NCBI GenBank assembly: GCA_030704615.1 | Contig: JAKLZA010000072.1 | Coordinates: 1 to 50,000, forward strand | Length of the DNA stretch: 50,000 nt | Origin: Takakia lepidozioides | Taxonomy: Eukaryota; Plantae; Bryophyta | Reading direction: 5' to 3' | In this document: positions 24,826 to 36,926 of the stretch, piece after piece | Position numbering within the stretch: position 1 is the first letter of the stretch | How the letters are laid out: the number at the start of each line of letters is the position of its first letter | The notes under the pieces: model-generated | The model's input: only the letters and a program-made list of their open reading frames with translations | The model's database searches: none | What the model was told of the DNA's origin: nothing | Made by a program: the position numbers and the translations under genes

Positions 24826-27654
24826 ATGATCGCCCGTATTTTTCCGCTCTACAGTGAACACTTTGTTCTCAAGAGCTGCTACTCATCTTCGTGCAAGATA
24901 ATGGAGTTTCGAGTCTGGAATCAGACCCAGTTGTTTGTTTGGCATCAGAGTCGTGGCAAGGGTACCAGTCTTGGCTCTTCCACCGTCCCTACGCCTTCTA
25001 ATGGAGAACCAAGACACGGAAGAGGGAAGAGGGAAGGAAACGAGGATAGCTACGGGACCGCTGGGGATGTGATCTCATGGACTGCGAGGATTGCAGGATT
25101 AGCTCGGCAAGGGCGTAGTGTAGATGCATTTAAGCTTTTCCACCAGATGCAGAAAAACGGGGTGAATCCAAACAAGATCACCTTCTTGAGCGTTCTGAAA
25201 GCAGTTGCCAGCCCAGCAGTTCTAGAAGAGGGCAAGAAGGTCCATGCCCAGATCATCCGAGCTGGATTTGAATCAGATATCCAAATAGGGACCGCACTCG
25301 TCAGCATGTATTGCAAGTGCGGGAATGTGGTGGATGCGCACAAACTATTCGGTAAAATGCCTAATCGAGATCTGATCTTATGGAATGCTATAATTGCTGG
25401 ATCTGCTCGGCATGGTCATGCTAAGGAGGCTTTCAATCTCTGGTGGCAAATGCAAAGAGAAGGCATGATAGCAGACAAGGTCACTTTCATCAGCATCCTG
25501 AAAGCTTGTGTGAGTCCAGCAGCTCTGGAAGAAGGAAAGCGTCTCCATGCAGCCATCATCAAAGCTGGGTATGCATCGGATGTGCAAGTGGGAAACGCTC
25601 TAGTTATCATGTACTGCAAATGCGGGAGTGTCTTGGATGCACACCGATCGTTCACTAAAATGCCCCAGCGAGATTTGATCTCGTGGAATGTCATGATTGC
25701 AGCATTTGCTGCACATGGTGATGGTAAGCAGGCTTTCAACTGTTTTTGGCAAATGCAAAGAGAGGGCATGGTGGCTGATACTGTCACTTTCGTTAGCATT
25801 CTCAACGCGTGTTCCAGCACAGCATCTCTGGAGCAGGGCAAATGGCTCCATCAGCAAATTATCAAAGCCGGATTGCAGTCCGATGTCCGACTAGGGACGG
25901 CTCTCCTAACCATGTATTGCAAGTGCGCAAGTGTGGTGGATGCACGCAGGGTGTTTGACAGAATGCCTAGGCGAGACGTGGTCTCATGGAATGCCATGAT
26001 TGCAAAGTCTGCTCAGTACGGCCAATGTGAGGAGTCTTTCAACCTCTTTTGGCAAATGCAAAGAGAAGGGATGGTGGCCAACAAGGCCACTTTCATTGCC
26101 CTCCTCAACGCATGCACCAGCCCAGAATCTCTGGAACAGGGAAAATGGCTCCATGCAAGCATCATCAAGGCTGGATTTGAGTCAGATGTCAGAGTGGGGA
26201 CTGCACTTGTCAGCAGGTATTGCAAGTGGGGGAGTGTGGCAGATGCCCGGAGGGTCTTCGACAAAATGCCTGAACGAAATGTGGTCTCATGGAACGCAAT
26301 GATTGCTGGATTAGCTCAGCAAATGCAGGCTGCAGAAGCATTGGCAGTTTTTTGGCAAATGTTACAAGAAGGCATGAAGCCTGACAAAGTCACTTTCATT
26401 ACCATCCTCAATGCATGTGCCAGCCCAGGAACTCTAGAACAGGGCAAGCAGCTTCATGTGGCCATCATTAAAAGTCGGTTGGAGTCGGATGTCCAGGTGG
26501 GGAATGCACTTGTCAGCATGTATTGCAAGTGTGGGGTTGTGGCAGATGCTCACCGAGTCTTTCTGGAAATGCCTGAGCGAGATGTTGTCTCATGGAATGC
26601 GATGATTGCAGGTTTTTCACAGTGTGGTTCTTGTGCAGAGGCATGGGAAGTCTTTCAGCAAATGTATAGAGAAGGGGTGAAGGCTGACATAGTCACTTTT
26701 GGTACCATTCTCACTACCTGTGCCAGCCCAGCAGCTCTGGAACAGGGCAAGCAGCTCCATGCAGACATCATTGAAGCTGGATTTGAGTCAGATGTCTGGG
26801 TGGGAAATGCACTTGTGACCATGTATTGCAAGTGTGGGAGTGTGGTGGATGCTCGTCGAGTGTTCTTCAAAATGCCTGAACGAGATGTGATATCATGGAA
26901 TTCTATGATCGCAGGATTTGCTCAGCATGGTCACTGTGTAGAGGCGTTAGAAGTCTTTCAGGAAATGCAAAGAGAAGGTATAAATGCCAACAAGATCACT
27001 TTTATTAGCATCCTCCCTGCATGTGCCAGCCTAGCAGCCCTTGAACGGGGCAGACAGGTACATGCCTACGTCATCCAATCTGGATGTGAATCGGATGTCT
27101 GGGTGAGAAATGCTCTTGTAGACATGTATTCCAAGTGCGGGAGTGTGCGGGAGGCACGGAAAGTGTTTGACGAAACTCTTGAGCGAAATGTGGTCTCATG
27201 GAATGTGATGATTGGAGGATATGCCCAGCATGGGCATGCTATCGAGACCCTCCAACTCTTTGAACACATGCTCCAGGAAGGAGTGAAGCCAAATGATGTT
27301 ACATTTATTGGAATTCTCTCTGCATGCAGCCATATGGGCCTAGTGGATCAAGGCTATCACCATTTCCATTCTATGAGTCGAGATCATGGCATTACACCAA
27401 TTGAACAACACTATGGGTGCATGGTGGACCTTCTTGGCCGTGCAGGGCACTTGGATGAGGCAGTGGATTTTATCAGTACCATGCCATTTGAACCTGATGC
27501 TCCTGTGTGGGGGTCTTTGCTTGGTGCCTGCAGAACCTTTGGCGATGTGGCGCTGGCAGAATGGGCTGGAGAATGTCTTATTCAGTCGCAACCACAAAAT
27601 GCTGCAGCATATGTGCCGCTTCCCAACATGTACACTTTGGCTGGCAGGTGGTAG
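24826..27654 (+). CDS. PLS-class pentatricopeptide repeat protein (7 x P1L1S1 + P2L2S2 + E1), ending at a premature stop in E2; organellar RNA-editing-factor type, possibly a young pseudogene
   Basis: Intronless ORF, first ATG at 24826. 101-aa triplets SWNAMIAG..GxxPDKVTF..ESDVxVGxALVxMYCKCG. Also HYGCMVDLLGRAG and VWGSLLGACR. Confidence 0.9.
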   Translation: MIARIFPLYSEHFVLKSCYSSSCKIMEFRVWNQTQLFVWHQSRGKGTSLGSSTVPTPSNGEPRHGRGKREGNEDSYGTAGDVISWTARIAGLARQGRSVDAFKLFHQMQKNGVNPNKITFLSVLKAVASPAVLEEGKKVHAQIIRAGFESDIQIGTALVSMYCKCGNVVDAHKLFGKMPNRDLILWNAIIAGSARHGHAKEAFNLWWQMQREGMIADKVTFISILKACVSPAALEEGKRLHAAIIKAGYASDVQVGNALVIMYCKCGSVLDAHRSFTKMPQRDLISWNVMIAAFAAHGDGKQAFNCFWQMQREGMVADTVTFVSILNACSSTASLEQGKWLHQQIIKAGLQSDVRLGTALLTMYCKCASVVDARRVFDRMPRRDVVSWNAMIAKSAQYGQCEESFNLFWQMQREGMVANKATFIALLNACTSPESLEQGKWLHASIIKAGFESDVRVGTALVSRYCKWGSVADARRVFDKMPERNVVSWNAMIAGLAQQMQAAEALAVFWQMLQEGMKPDKVTFITILNACASPGTLEQGKQLHVAIIKSRLESDVQVGNALVSMYCKCGVVADAHRVFLEMPERDVVSWNAMIAGFSQCGSCAEAWEVFQQMYREGVKADIVTFGTILTTCASPAALEQGKQLHADIIEAGFESDVWVGNALVTMYCKCGSVVDARRVFFKMPERDVISWNSMIAGFAQHGHCVEALEVFQEMQREGINANKITFISILPACASLAALERGRQVHAYVIQSGCESDVWVRNALVDMYSKCGSVREARKVFDETLERNVVSWNVMIGGYAQHGHAIETLQLFEHMLQEGVKPNDVTFIGILSACSHMGLVDQGYHHFHSMSRDHGITPIEQHYGCMVDLLGRAGHLDEAVDFISTMPFEPDAPVWGSLLGACRTFGDVALAEWAGECLIQSQPQNAAAYVPLPNMYTLAGRW

Positions 27655-28081
27655 GATGTAGGAAGAAAAGTCATGCAGGAGAAGGGAGTTGAAAAGGAGC
27701 CAGCGTGCAGCTGGATTGAGGTCAATAATAGGGTACATGCATTCATGGAGAATATAGATCACACCCACAAACAGAGGAAATCTATTTGGAATTGAAGAGA
27801 TTGATGAAGCAGATGGAGGATGCTGGATATGCGCCAGACACATGCTTTGTAAATTTGGATCAACAGTGGAAGGAACAGGCTCTGTGCCACCACAGTGAAA
27901 AGCTGGCCATTGCTTTTGGGCTTGTCAGCACAGCCCCTGGGACTACTATCTGCATAATCAAGAATCTTCGGGTGTGTGGTGATTGCCACACTGCCACAAA
28001 GTTGGGTGAGAAATTGTTGCCAGGGATGCCAACCGCTTTCATCACTTCAAGAATGGGGTGTGCTCTTACAGGGATTTTTGG
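27655..28081 (+). pseudogene. Disrupted DYW cytidine-deaminase tail of the PPR gene
   Basis: After the TAG: KEPACSWIEVNNRVHAF, frameshift, GYAPDT..HHSEKLAIAFGL..KNLRVCGDCHTATK, deletion/frameshift, REIVARDANRFHHFKNGVCSYRDFW. Confidence 0.9.
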
Positions 28082-28531
28082 TGCCATCATTGCACTGTGC
28101 AAACTCACTCATGCATGAAGGGGCTCTCTGTCAGTCACTTCCCTTTTGTGCTTTCATCCCAGATGTGCAGCCATCGGTCATGCTGACATTGTGAGGGCCC
28201 AACATTTGGTGGCTACAGGTTAGCTACAGTGCCATCCACAACCCAAGAGGGGCCAACGACAGGAGTTCCTCAGACACCTCTACAAGCATTTGATACACAC
28301 GCCTCGCACACACTCTAATCCAATACAGCTGATCCATGAAATCCAACATCGAAAAATGCCTGGTTGTGGACACAGTTTTTTGGCAGAAAGTGGTCGGTAG
28401 CCCTATATTGTGAAACAAAGAAAGAAGAGTTTAATGACCGCAATTTAACCCAGAAATGCTCAAGCAGTTTTTTTCATTTGACCTTCAAAACTTGACCTCT
28501 AGGAACTTGGAGACTTAAGTTCGGAATGCGC

Positions 28532-30399
28532 AGGGGCATTGGGGACTTGGTAGCCTGCGACCACATGTGCGAGCAGTAAGCCCGAAAATGGTGTCACCCT
28601 CATTCTCCAGCTTTGACCAAAGCTTCACCATACATGGAGCTATCTAATTTTACAGACTCCACCAAGTTGGCAGGGACTAACAAACTCCTTTGAGATTGTA
28701 CTCATAAGACGTTGTTTGCCGTAGCCTTGTGGCCATTGACCCCGCGCCCAGTTTGAGCGGGAACAAAAGGGACAGAACCTACCTCTGTCAGGGGCTGACG
28801 TTGGTAGTAAGACTTACCTCCATATAAAGAATTAATCCGGGTTTTCCAGATATCCTCTAGAAATCCCTTCACACAAGCATCAATCTGCTGTGTGTGATTT
28901 GCCCAAAAACTAGGCCCCAGGAGGGCCTGGGCTTTTGGCTCAGCCTCGAGACTTTCAAAGTTGGTAAACAGGGGTACAGGCACAATTCCCTTAATAGACA
29001 AACTCCTTGAGAAACATTGAGAGGGCAACGGAAATCATAGATTGAGGAAGGGATGCAGGTGAGAATGAATGTGTCATGACCAAAGCTATTATTATTGCCA
29101 TATTGTGTGTGAGTGATGGAGTGGTAAATGAGATGGGAAAGCTGTGTAGAAAGAACAATCAAGATGGCCCGATCTGTTCAGAGAGCAAGATGCGCCCTAA
29201 AGCTGCAAAAGATTGGGAGGGGAGAGGACATTGAAGACATGTAGAAACACATTTCCGTGTAATCACCTTGCATGCACCAGATGTCGGACCACCTCTGGGT
29301 ACAGTTCGAACCTGACCCTTTTGCTTTTCTTTTTCTTCATTTCCACCTCTGTTGGCTGATATGGCGCCATGTGTGGTGCTGTTTCGCATTTCCTTTTCCA
29401 TTCCGTCTTTCTTCTCATGCATTGTACTTCCTTCATCCTGACACTCGGGTATTCACCCAAAAATGTTGACACATTAAAGTTATCCGTAAAGTGACCATCC
29501 CTTCCGCCCCCAGATACATCCCCACTATACCTCTCCTGGGCACTTTGCGCGTATCCGGGAAGTCTTGCAAACACAGTACCACGCGCAAAGCTGCGCACAT
29601 ATTCTCCTTAAGTCAGCGTTGGCCGCTTCGTTCCACGCCGCGACGGGTACCCTGAGAGGAAAGCTTTTTAGGGAAAGCCAAAAAGCAAATGCAGGATTAA
29701 ACTCGTTTTGCTTTTTTGTTTTGTTTTTTTTTGTTTTTCTTTCCTAAGGAAATGGGACATCGGCCCTTTTAATCAAATTAAATAAATTAGAGTTTACAAA
29801 AGGTGGAAAAAATAACCACCAAGGAGGCCGTAAAGGCTATCCGAGGGGGAACTTCCCCGATACCATAGCAAACTAGCTATAAAGAGCATAAGGAATCAAA
29901 CTGAGATGAGTAGAAATAACTAAATAACATGGGGGGTGAAGAACTATGTAAGAAGGAGAAGAAACATGTGCCCAACGACCAGGATGTAAGCATACACAAG
30001 GGCCCGAGCTCCTTAGCGGTGACCTGAAAGCGTGCCCAACATACCCTAAGGCCTTAACTCCTAAATGGAAAGCCAAGTATTGCCTGTTGAAGATAATCGT
30101 AGTAGCTAGCCAGCCATGTCTGTTTGAGAACAAAACTGAAGCCGGCCAGTCAGACAATGACTGTACTCATAGCCTGCTAGGAAGTATCAATAAAAAAACT
30201 GGAAGCGAGAGATTGTGAGTCAAAACCGCAGCTGGGTTCTGAACTTAGTGATTCTTGCTTTATTGTGTCTCCAATTGGAATCACCGTCTTCACCATCACT
30301 GAGGGACATCCCAGGTAGTGGGAGAGGTGACATACCAGCTGATCCGCAAACTGGGAAGACAGGTACAGAAAAAGTCGTTTTTGCCCCATGACTGCTCAA
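28532..30399 (+). repeat. Copy A of a ~1.6-kb LTR-like repeat, containing a LINE insert
   Basis: Colinear with the reverse complement of 40579-42216 from AGGGGCATTGGGGACTTGG to GACTGCTCAA. Confidence 0.9.
28696..28997 (-). mobile_element. 5'-truncated non-LTR retrotransposon 3' end with a ~15-bp TSD
   Basis: Absent from copy B. Flanked by ACAAACTCCTTTGAGA (28680-28695) and ACAAACTCCTTGAGA (28998-29012). Carries an open frame ending ..FLEDIWKTR..GVNGHKATANNVL*. Confidence 0.8.
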
Positions 30400-30524
30400 A
30401 ATCACTGATGAGCTTCCTCTCGCGTTACTCAGAGGATCTGGAAACAGATGCAACCAATATACCCCAGGCTTTTCTTCCCTCAGTAAACAAGTCCTAATAT
30501 ATATAAAACAGGATGGACCTTCCC

Positions 30525-32520
30525 TAAACTAGATTCTAAATCAATCAAATGTACATTTGTTGGCTATGAATATCAGTCAACAAAGGGATACAGGCTGTAC
30601 AACTCATCTTCTCGTAAGGTTATTATCAGCAAGGATGTCCATTTTGATGAGGAAGAATTGATTATTGTAAAGGTGCTATCTCCACAGAAGATCCTGCTAC
30701 TATATCCATCATTTCCAACAATACACCGGAGTCACCACCTGGCATTGACATGTGGATTTCCCGAAAGATTCATCTCTTGACATGAAACTTGTCACTGATC
30801 ATGATGATACAAGTCTGACACAGGCACAGGACCATGAATCTGTTCCTATAAATCTGGAAATTGTTCCACCGGCTACAACAGAGACTCAAGAGGAAGAGGT
30901 TATCCAACCTAGAAGATCCAAGAGAACAATGAAGAAACCTGCATATCTAATGGATGATTATGTGAATGCGGTAGAGGTCTCTTTTGAGCACGGCTAATTT
31001 TGAGGAGGCATCTAAATCTTCTAGGTGGAAAGAAGCCATGCAACATGAGATTGATTCTATTTATAAGAATCAGACTTGGCAACTAGTCGACCTTCCTCCT
31101 AGAAAGAGACCGATAACTGCCAAATGGGTTTATCGTGTGAAGAGAAAAGCAGATGGTTCTACAGACAAACTCAAGGCACGTTTGGTTGCTCGTGGATTTC
31201 AGCAAATAGAAGGAACAGACTTTAAGGAGACATTTGCACCTGTCGTAAAATGGGGTACTATAAGGGCGGTGGTTGCCTTTGCTGCACACTCAGGTTGCCT
31301 ATCTACCACTTGGACGTAAAAACCGCCTTCTTGAATGGGGAATTAAATGAGGAAGTGTTTATGGAGCAACCACATGGATTTGCATCACCAGGGAACACAT
31401 CAAAGGTATGTAAGTTGCTCAAGGCACTATACGGCCTCAAACAAGCTCTGCATGGTACTCAAAGATAGATACGTACCTAAAATCACAAGGTTTGCTTCGT
31501 AGCAACGCAGATTACAATCTCTATTACCTGCACGAAAAAGACAATGGAAAGATCATGATGCTTATTCTCTACGTTGATGACCTCTTACTCACTAGGAATC
31601 ATACCGAGAAGGTGGAGTGCTAAGGACTCAACTCAAAAGTGCGTTTGATATGACAGATCTGGGCCTCATCAATCTTTACCTAGCAGCAGAGTTCATACGT
31701 TTGCATAACGGATCATGTTGACACAACGTGGTTATATCAAGAAAATGCTGGAGGAATTTAATATGGTTGACTGTAACCCTCACTGTGTTCCTATGATAGA
31801 AGGCTTGAAGCTGATCAGTGACATGGGAGCACCAGCGATTGATGCGACCTTGTACGGGCGAATGGTGGGAAAATTAATCTATTTAACAAATACTCGCCCA
31901 GATCTAGCATATTCTGTAGGGCTGGTGAGTCGTTTCATGTCGAAACCCAAGCAAACCCACTTTGAGGCAGTCAAGCAGATATTCAGATACGTAAAGGGAA
32001 CAGCTGATTTTGGGTTGTTTTTTTAGAAAGGCACAGATGACATCCTAAACGGCTTCATTGACGCAGACTGGGCAGGAGACTCCGAAAATTGCCACTCAAC
32101 AACTGGCTACATTTTTCGTCTTGGGCAAAGTGCTATCACTTGGTGTTCAAAGAAGCAATCTACTCTGGCTTTGTCTTCGACAGGAGCAGAATATCATGCC
32201 CTTGTTGAGGGTGCAAAAGAAACGGTCTGGTTGAGATTTCTCATGGCTGAGCTCGGATTTTTGGGACATGAACCCACAACACTACTATGTGACAACCAAT
32301 CTAGTGTGAAAATCGCAAAAATTCTTGTGTTCCATGCACGCACTAAACATATAGAGGTTCATTACCACTATATTAGTGAAAAGGTAGAAAACAGAGAAAT
32401 AGATCTAGTTCATGTCGCAACTGGTGATCAAGTAGTTGTACTCCAAATTTAGAAGTGAGCTTGGTGTTTGCAGTCTCTCTGAAGTTGTTGCCTCGTAGTG
32501 ACGTAAGGTTTGAGAGGGGG
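30525..32520 (+). mobile_element. Ty1/copia 3' half (SH3-like region, RT, RNase H), decayed
   Basis: [101 protein letters not shown] ends at 32520. Confidence 0.93.
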
Positions 32521-32823
32521 TGTTAGAATTATTAGACCTTCCTCCAATGCACCGTCCGGCTAATTAAGCTAACTTTAGTTATGTCCACATGATCACCGAC
32601 TGTATAGGAGCACAGTTATTGACTACATAGGAGTAGTTGGTATTCTTTGGCTCTTCTAGTTAATTGAGCCCTTTACATTTACTAGGCTTAGCTGTGCCAC
32701 TTGTGTATATATTGCTGGCCTTGTCTGGCAACGTATTGTATTCCGGTTCTAGATCCTTGGTGTATAGTGCTCTTCATTTTATCAGTAATGTGTCCTAATA
32801 TTCATCTTATCATGTCTTCAACA
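32521..32823 (+). repeat. 3' LTR of the copia element
   Basis: TGTTAG follows the PPT and the segment ends TTCAACA. An alternative end is CCAACA at ~32860. Confidence 0.65.
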
Positions 32824-33499
32824 TAAACTTGTGTCTGAGTAGGTAAGATGAGATTCCAACACCCTTTGCTCATGTGCCTACCTTCCACATCTAAAGATCT
32901 TTGAATAAGATCGCGTACCATATCGGCAAAAAACCAGCTGATACAATCGCCTCGATATAGATGGCGCAGTGACCAGCTGTAGACTCAATCAAGAGTAAAA
33001 TTCCTCATGTCCAGAATAAGGGACTCGGTAAAATGCTGGAGCTCTTTAGCTGTATAGTAACACGTGGGCTGGAAACCTCTGTAATTCGTAACTAGGCATT
33101 GTACTTACCATGCTCTGCGCTTGACTACCGCCCACCCCAACAGATGTCCACTCAGCTTTTGCTGGAGGCCTGCAAAACCCTCCACAAGCACCAGGGAGTA
33201 TCACTTGACTTTCTCTAATTTAAGCCTTAGGTGTCCAAATTGTCACCAAGCTAATTTGTGAACATGTCAAAGGATCATGGGGGAGGAAGAAGTTTGGCTG
33301 TGAGCTACCACCAGTGAGTCCAATTTGTTATACCAGTTGTTTATTGATGGCCACTCATCCAATTGTTACTCCCAAGTGTTTATGGAGAAACTGGAATATC
33401 TCAGAAAATCTGAACTTATTCCAGATGACTCCTGACTTTAGGGTTCAACTTGATCGCTCCTTCTAGCTCAAGGCTAGAGCGAACTGAAAAGATTTGCCA

Positions 33500-35230
33500 T
33501 TAGCAATATGGGTTCATGCCGATATAATTGGGCAGCTTTTGGCATGTAAAGTTTGTGGGCTTTCACCATGTCGTTGACTTCCCTGAACCAAAACTCTCTT
33601 ATCGAGCTAGGGATTTGACACAATCTTCTTACAGCTTGGGCACAACTTCCAGGGATAGATCTTCTTAGAATGCCAATTGACTGCCCTCAAGTACCTTCTT
33701 CCTAGATCAATGATATAGTTTCAGCCACATTCTTCAGGTAACTGAATTTCATGTGCTATGGAAGCAGCTTAATTAGGATAAAGCAGCCCGAAGGGCATTG
33801 ACTTGTCATAGGCGTGTGACTCATAATGGTTTGCAAGAGAGCAAGTACTTAATCCTGGTAACCCGTAGAGGCAAACCTTCAAGAGAAGGTGACTGAACTC
33901 CTGCAGCTCTCCTCCATTGCTAATCTACTCTTCGCTGCAGTGTCAGCAGCCGACCCAATGCTGAGCTCCTGCATGACTCGTCGAAAATGGAGACCTGCAG
34001 AAACCACCTTAGTACATCTGGGTGGAGAGACCCAACCTCCTCTCTGCATCTGACTGCCTGGGCTTACAGGTCACTGCTGAGCTGCTCGATTGAAAGCCTG
34101 GCTTCTTCTATGTTCAAGTCCCAGTCCGCCAGGCAGTAGTTCCCTCATGTCTTTCAACCTCCTCGCCTTTGCCAATATGCTCAGGAATGGGTTCTCTATG
34201 GTCATAATCCTCAACTAATGAAGATGTTTATTCCATGCTGCAGAAAGAGTATAGGATACATACAATCTGCACCTCCAGGAAGACCTTTGCAGAGCAGTCT
34301 ACTCACATCTTTACCAGAAATGCTACTCATGTCTAACAATTGGGGGACTGCTCAAGTAGATACCTGCGGCATACCCGTATTATTCTTGATCATACCTTAT
34401 TCCCCAGTGAGGATCTCTCTACGGCCATGTCTAAGCCATCGTGCTATTGCCAGAGTCATTGCCCAACGTATAAGGACTCGAGGTATTTGTGAGCTTCGGC
34501 TCCAGAATACGATATGTGGCTGTATGGAATAGCACGTGAGAGGATCTTCGACACACTCTGCCCTTGGGTAGACAGTTTGCAGAGTGGTTTTCGACGTCAC
34601 CGTTCTGCTCATCACGACGAAGGGACGAGCAGGAGTCCCTTCGTCGTAGAGATGAGCATAGTGATATCGTGGAACATTGCAAGCTGCTAGTCTTGATCCT
34701 AAGGGGAGAAAGTGTCGAACACCCTCTCACATGCCTGCTAAGCTGGTGACATTGCTTTGATCACCTCCAGGCAGATGTGGGGAATTCCCTCGGGAAATTC
34801 GCCAGGCAATGAGTCGCTAGGCCTAGTAAGTCTGTGCCAATTGTGTGTATCCGATTCCCCTGAGTAATGTGGCCGTGGCTCCTCTGACAAGTTGGTCAAG
34901 CTACGCTTCATTCTTTTCAGAAAGCAAAGTCTGGATCCAGCTCCACCAACGTTAGTACCCTTCCTGCCACTCGGTAGATTAACCCAATTCGACATTAGCT
35001 GGCTCTGGTGCAAGAGGTCCCCCGTCCGTAAGTTTCTTCAACCATCCAATGGCACTGAAAGCTCTTTGAAAGTAGGGAGATACTCCATTGAATTTTCGAA
35101 GAAGCTCGTTATGGCTTGTCTTTGCGAGCAGAAGAACACTTCCGATGTCGTAGTGATCTCTAACATCTTCCACAAAGAAATCCTCACACGGGTTGCAGCA
35201 GAGATGCCGGAGCACTTCTGCTACTGCGAG
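33500..35230 (-). pseudogene. Probable heavily decayed NB-ARC/LRR (NLR) pseudogene
   Basis: Motif relics in the expected order across frames: FFVEDVRD (RNBS-A-like), GIPHICLEVI (GLPL-like), LRI..AMFHDIT (RNBS-D-like), HD..HGRREI (MHD-like), then LRR-like pieces LLTLQRRVD and EDLSLEVVPKL. Confidence 0.4.
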
Positions 35231-35469
35231 GCCACACTCGACTCTTGAAATCGAAGAGAGAGATGCAGAGCGACGGAGAAAATATAGAGGAACATTGTGG
35301 AGGTAGTTCTGTTCTGTAGCTTTCAGACTTTTGTTTTTTTATTTTATATCTCTAACTTACAAACCTTTTCCTTTTATTGTCATTTATTTTATTTTTTCTC
35401 ATTTATTATTTTCTTAGTGACGGAAGATAATAGGAATAATGTAAGAACTTAATGCACACGTGCAACCTC

Positions 35470-35768
35470 TCACAGGATCCGGGTTACACTAGGTTACAGA
35501 CGAGGTGTGTAACTCCACTGGGGTTACATCGGGTTACACGACGAGGTCTGTAAGTAACTCCACTGGGGTTACAATCGGTTACACGATGAGGCGTGTAACT
35601 CCACTTGGGGTTACACAAAATGGAGTGTAACTCCAGTCGGTGTAACTGGTCTCAAAATTTGACTAAGTCCAAATGTGGCTAAGTATAAAATGGACTCACT
35701 AGAGTTACATGAGAAACAAGGGTTACATAGGGTTACACGGATTGGATTGCTGACGGGTTACACACTGC
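35470..35768. repeat. Array of GGGTTACA/TGTAACTCC motifs, probably subterminal repeats of a decayed DNA-transposon derivative
   Basis: More than ten GTTACA/TGTAAC motifs in both orientations. The right end reads CAGTGTGTAACCC on the minus strand (hAT-like). No TSD was found. Confidence 0.55.
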
Positions 35769-36926
35769 AAGAGCCTCCCATCAAGAATCAAATGGAAACC
35801 TCGCCACCTGCATTGCTGTCACCTCACCATCACGCTACCCACCACTCCATGAAACCCACCCAGATTCTTAAGTATTTAATAGTGAAACTGAGGTAAGAGG
35901 GGGAGGGGGTGGGGAGGATTTGACAGGCGCCCCGCTAAAGGAGTCCAGGCTGCCGAAATCCGGCGAAAGTACCGTCAGATCGCACGCGTCCATTAAGTTC
36001 TTACATTATTCCTATTTTGACACTTAGTGACAGTCGACAATCTGCTAAAACACAGATATAAAGAAATTGAAACAACACTAATGGTATTAGATAGTTAAAA
36101 TGATTTATATACTTTATATATTCAATAAAAACGTTGCCAGAATTCCCTGCCACGTCATATATTGGGTTTATTTTAATTTTGGGATATTATAATATTATCT
36201 TATGTGGGTTCAGTCTTCTAATTTGCTTAACGAAAATAATTATAAAGAACTTATACCGGGGAAAACGAGAATTATAGTAGGGAAAACGAGAATTATTTTT
36301 GACATATTTGATAAGCAAAACCGATATTACCGCCCTAGAGGTAATCGGAAATAGTGAAGAGCTGGGTACTGTTCTTTGTCAGATCGGTTTCTCTTCAGTA
36401 CGTTGCGACTACAAGCAGAGTAGTCCTGAGTTAGAGTTGTCGATCTGCTTTGTCGTGTACTGTGCAGCTGCCTGCTACTGCTCATGGCCCTTCTCTGCAC
36501 CATGTTTTGCTCTACAAGTTATCTTATTGGCATCAGAGTGCTGATCTAAGTTGGGGTTTTGTAGTTTGATGGTAAAACCAGTACCTTAAAAACATCTGAA
36601 TGCCAAGTAAACAGGGTTGAGGCTTTCCTAGCTACAAACTAAAGGGGCACAGAAGATAGTGCAACCCAGAGACTAGAAAGAGGCTAAAAGGCCAGAGACG
36701 CTGCAGTTTAAGACAAATCAGTGACTCAATTAAGATGTAAGAAATGGACAGCTGAGGAAGACAAAGTGAGGCATCCTGATTCCTCTTTATTCAAACAAAG
36801 TCTGTAGACTTTCCCACACAAAAAGGCATTGGCTATGTGCCCGTTGGAAATCTTCAGGATCGAAGTTGTCCTGATATCGATTTCATACCGATTTGGATTA
36901 CCACCATGCTACATGAGGCGTGGCAG

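Noticed and set aside
27652-27654. Rescue of the PPR stop codon by U-to-C editing or readthrough
   Set aside because: Such editing is organellar, and downstream frameshifts would still destroy the DYW domain.
30400-30450. Hammerhead-ribozyme-like core (CTGATGA..stem..GAAAC), suggesting a retrozyme
   Set aside because: Stem II does not close properly before GAAA, no stem I/III partners or NUH site were found, and it lies outside the repeated unit.
29159-30453. ORFs apparently conserved between the two inverted repeat copies
   Set aside because: They reflect DNA-level similarity; indels between the copies break the frames and no domain is recognisable.
35470-35768. CRISPR-like repeat-spacer array
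   Set aside because: Motifs are short, irregularly spaced and in both orientations; the context is eukaryotic with no cas genes.
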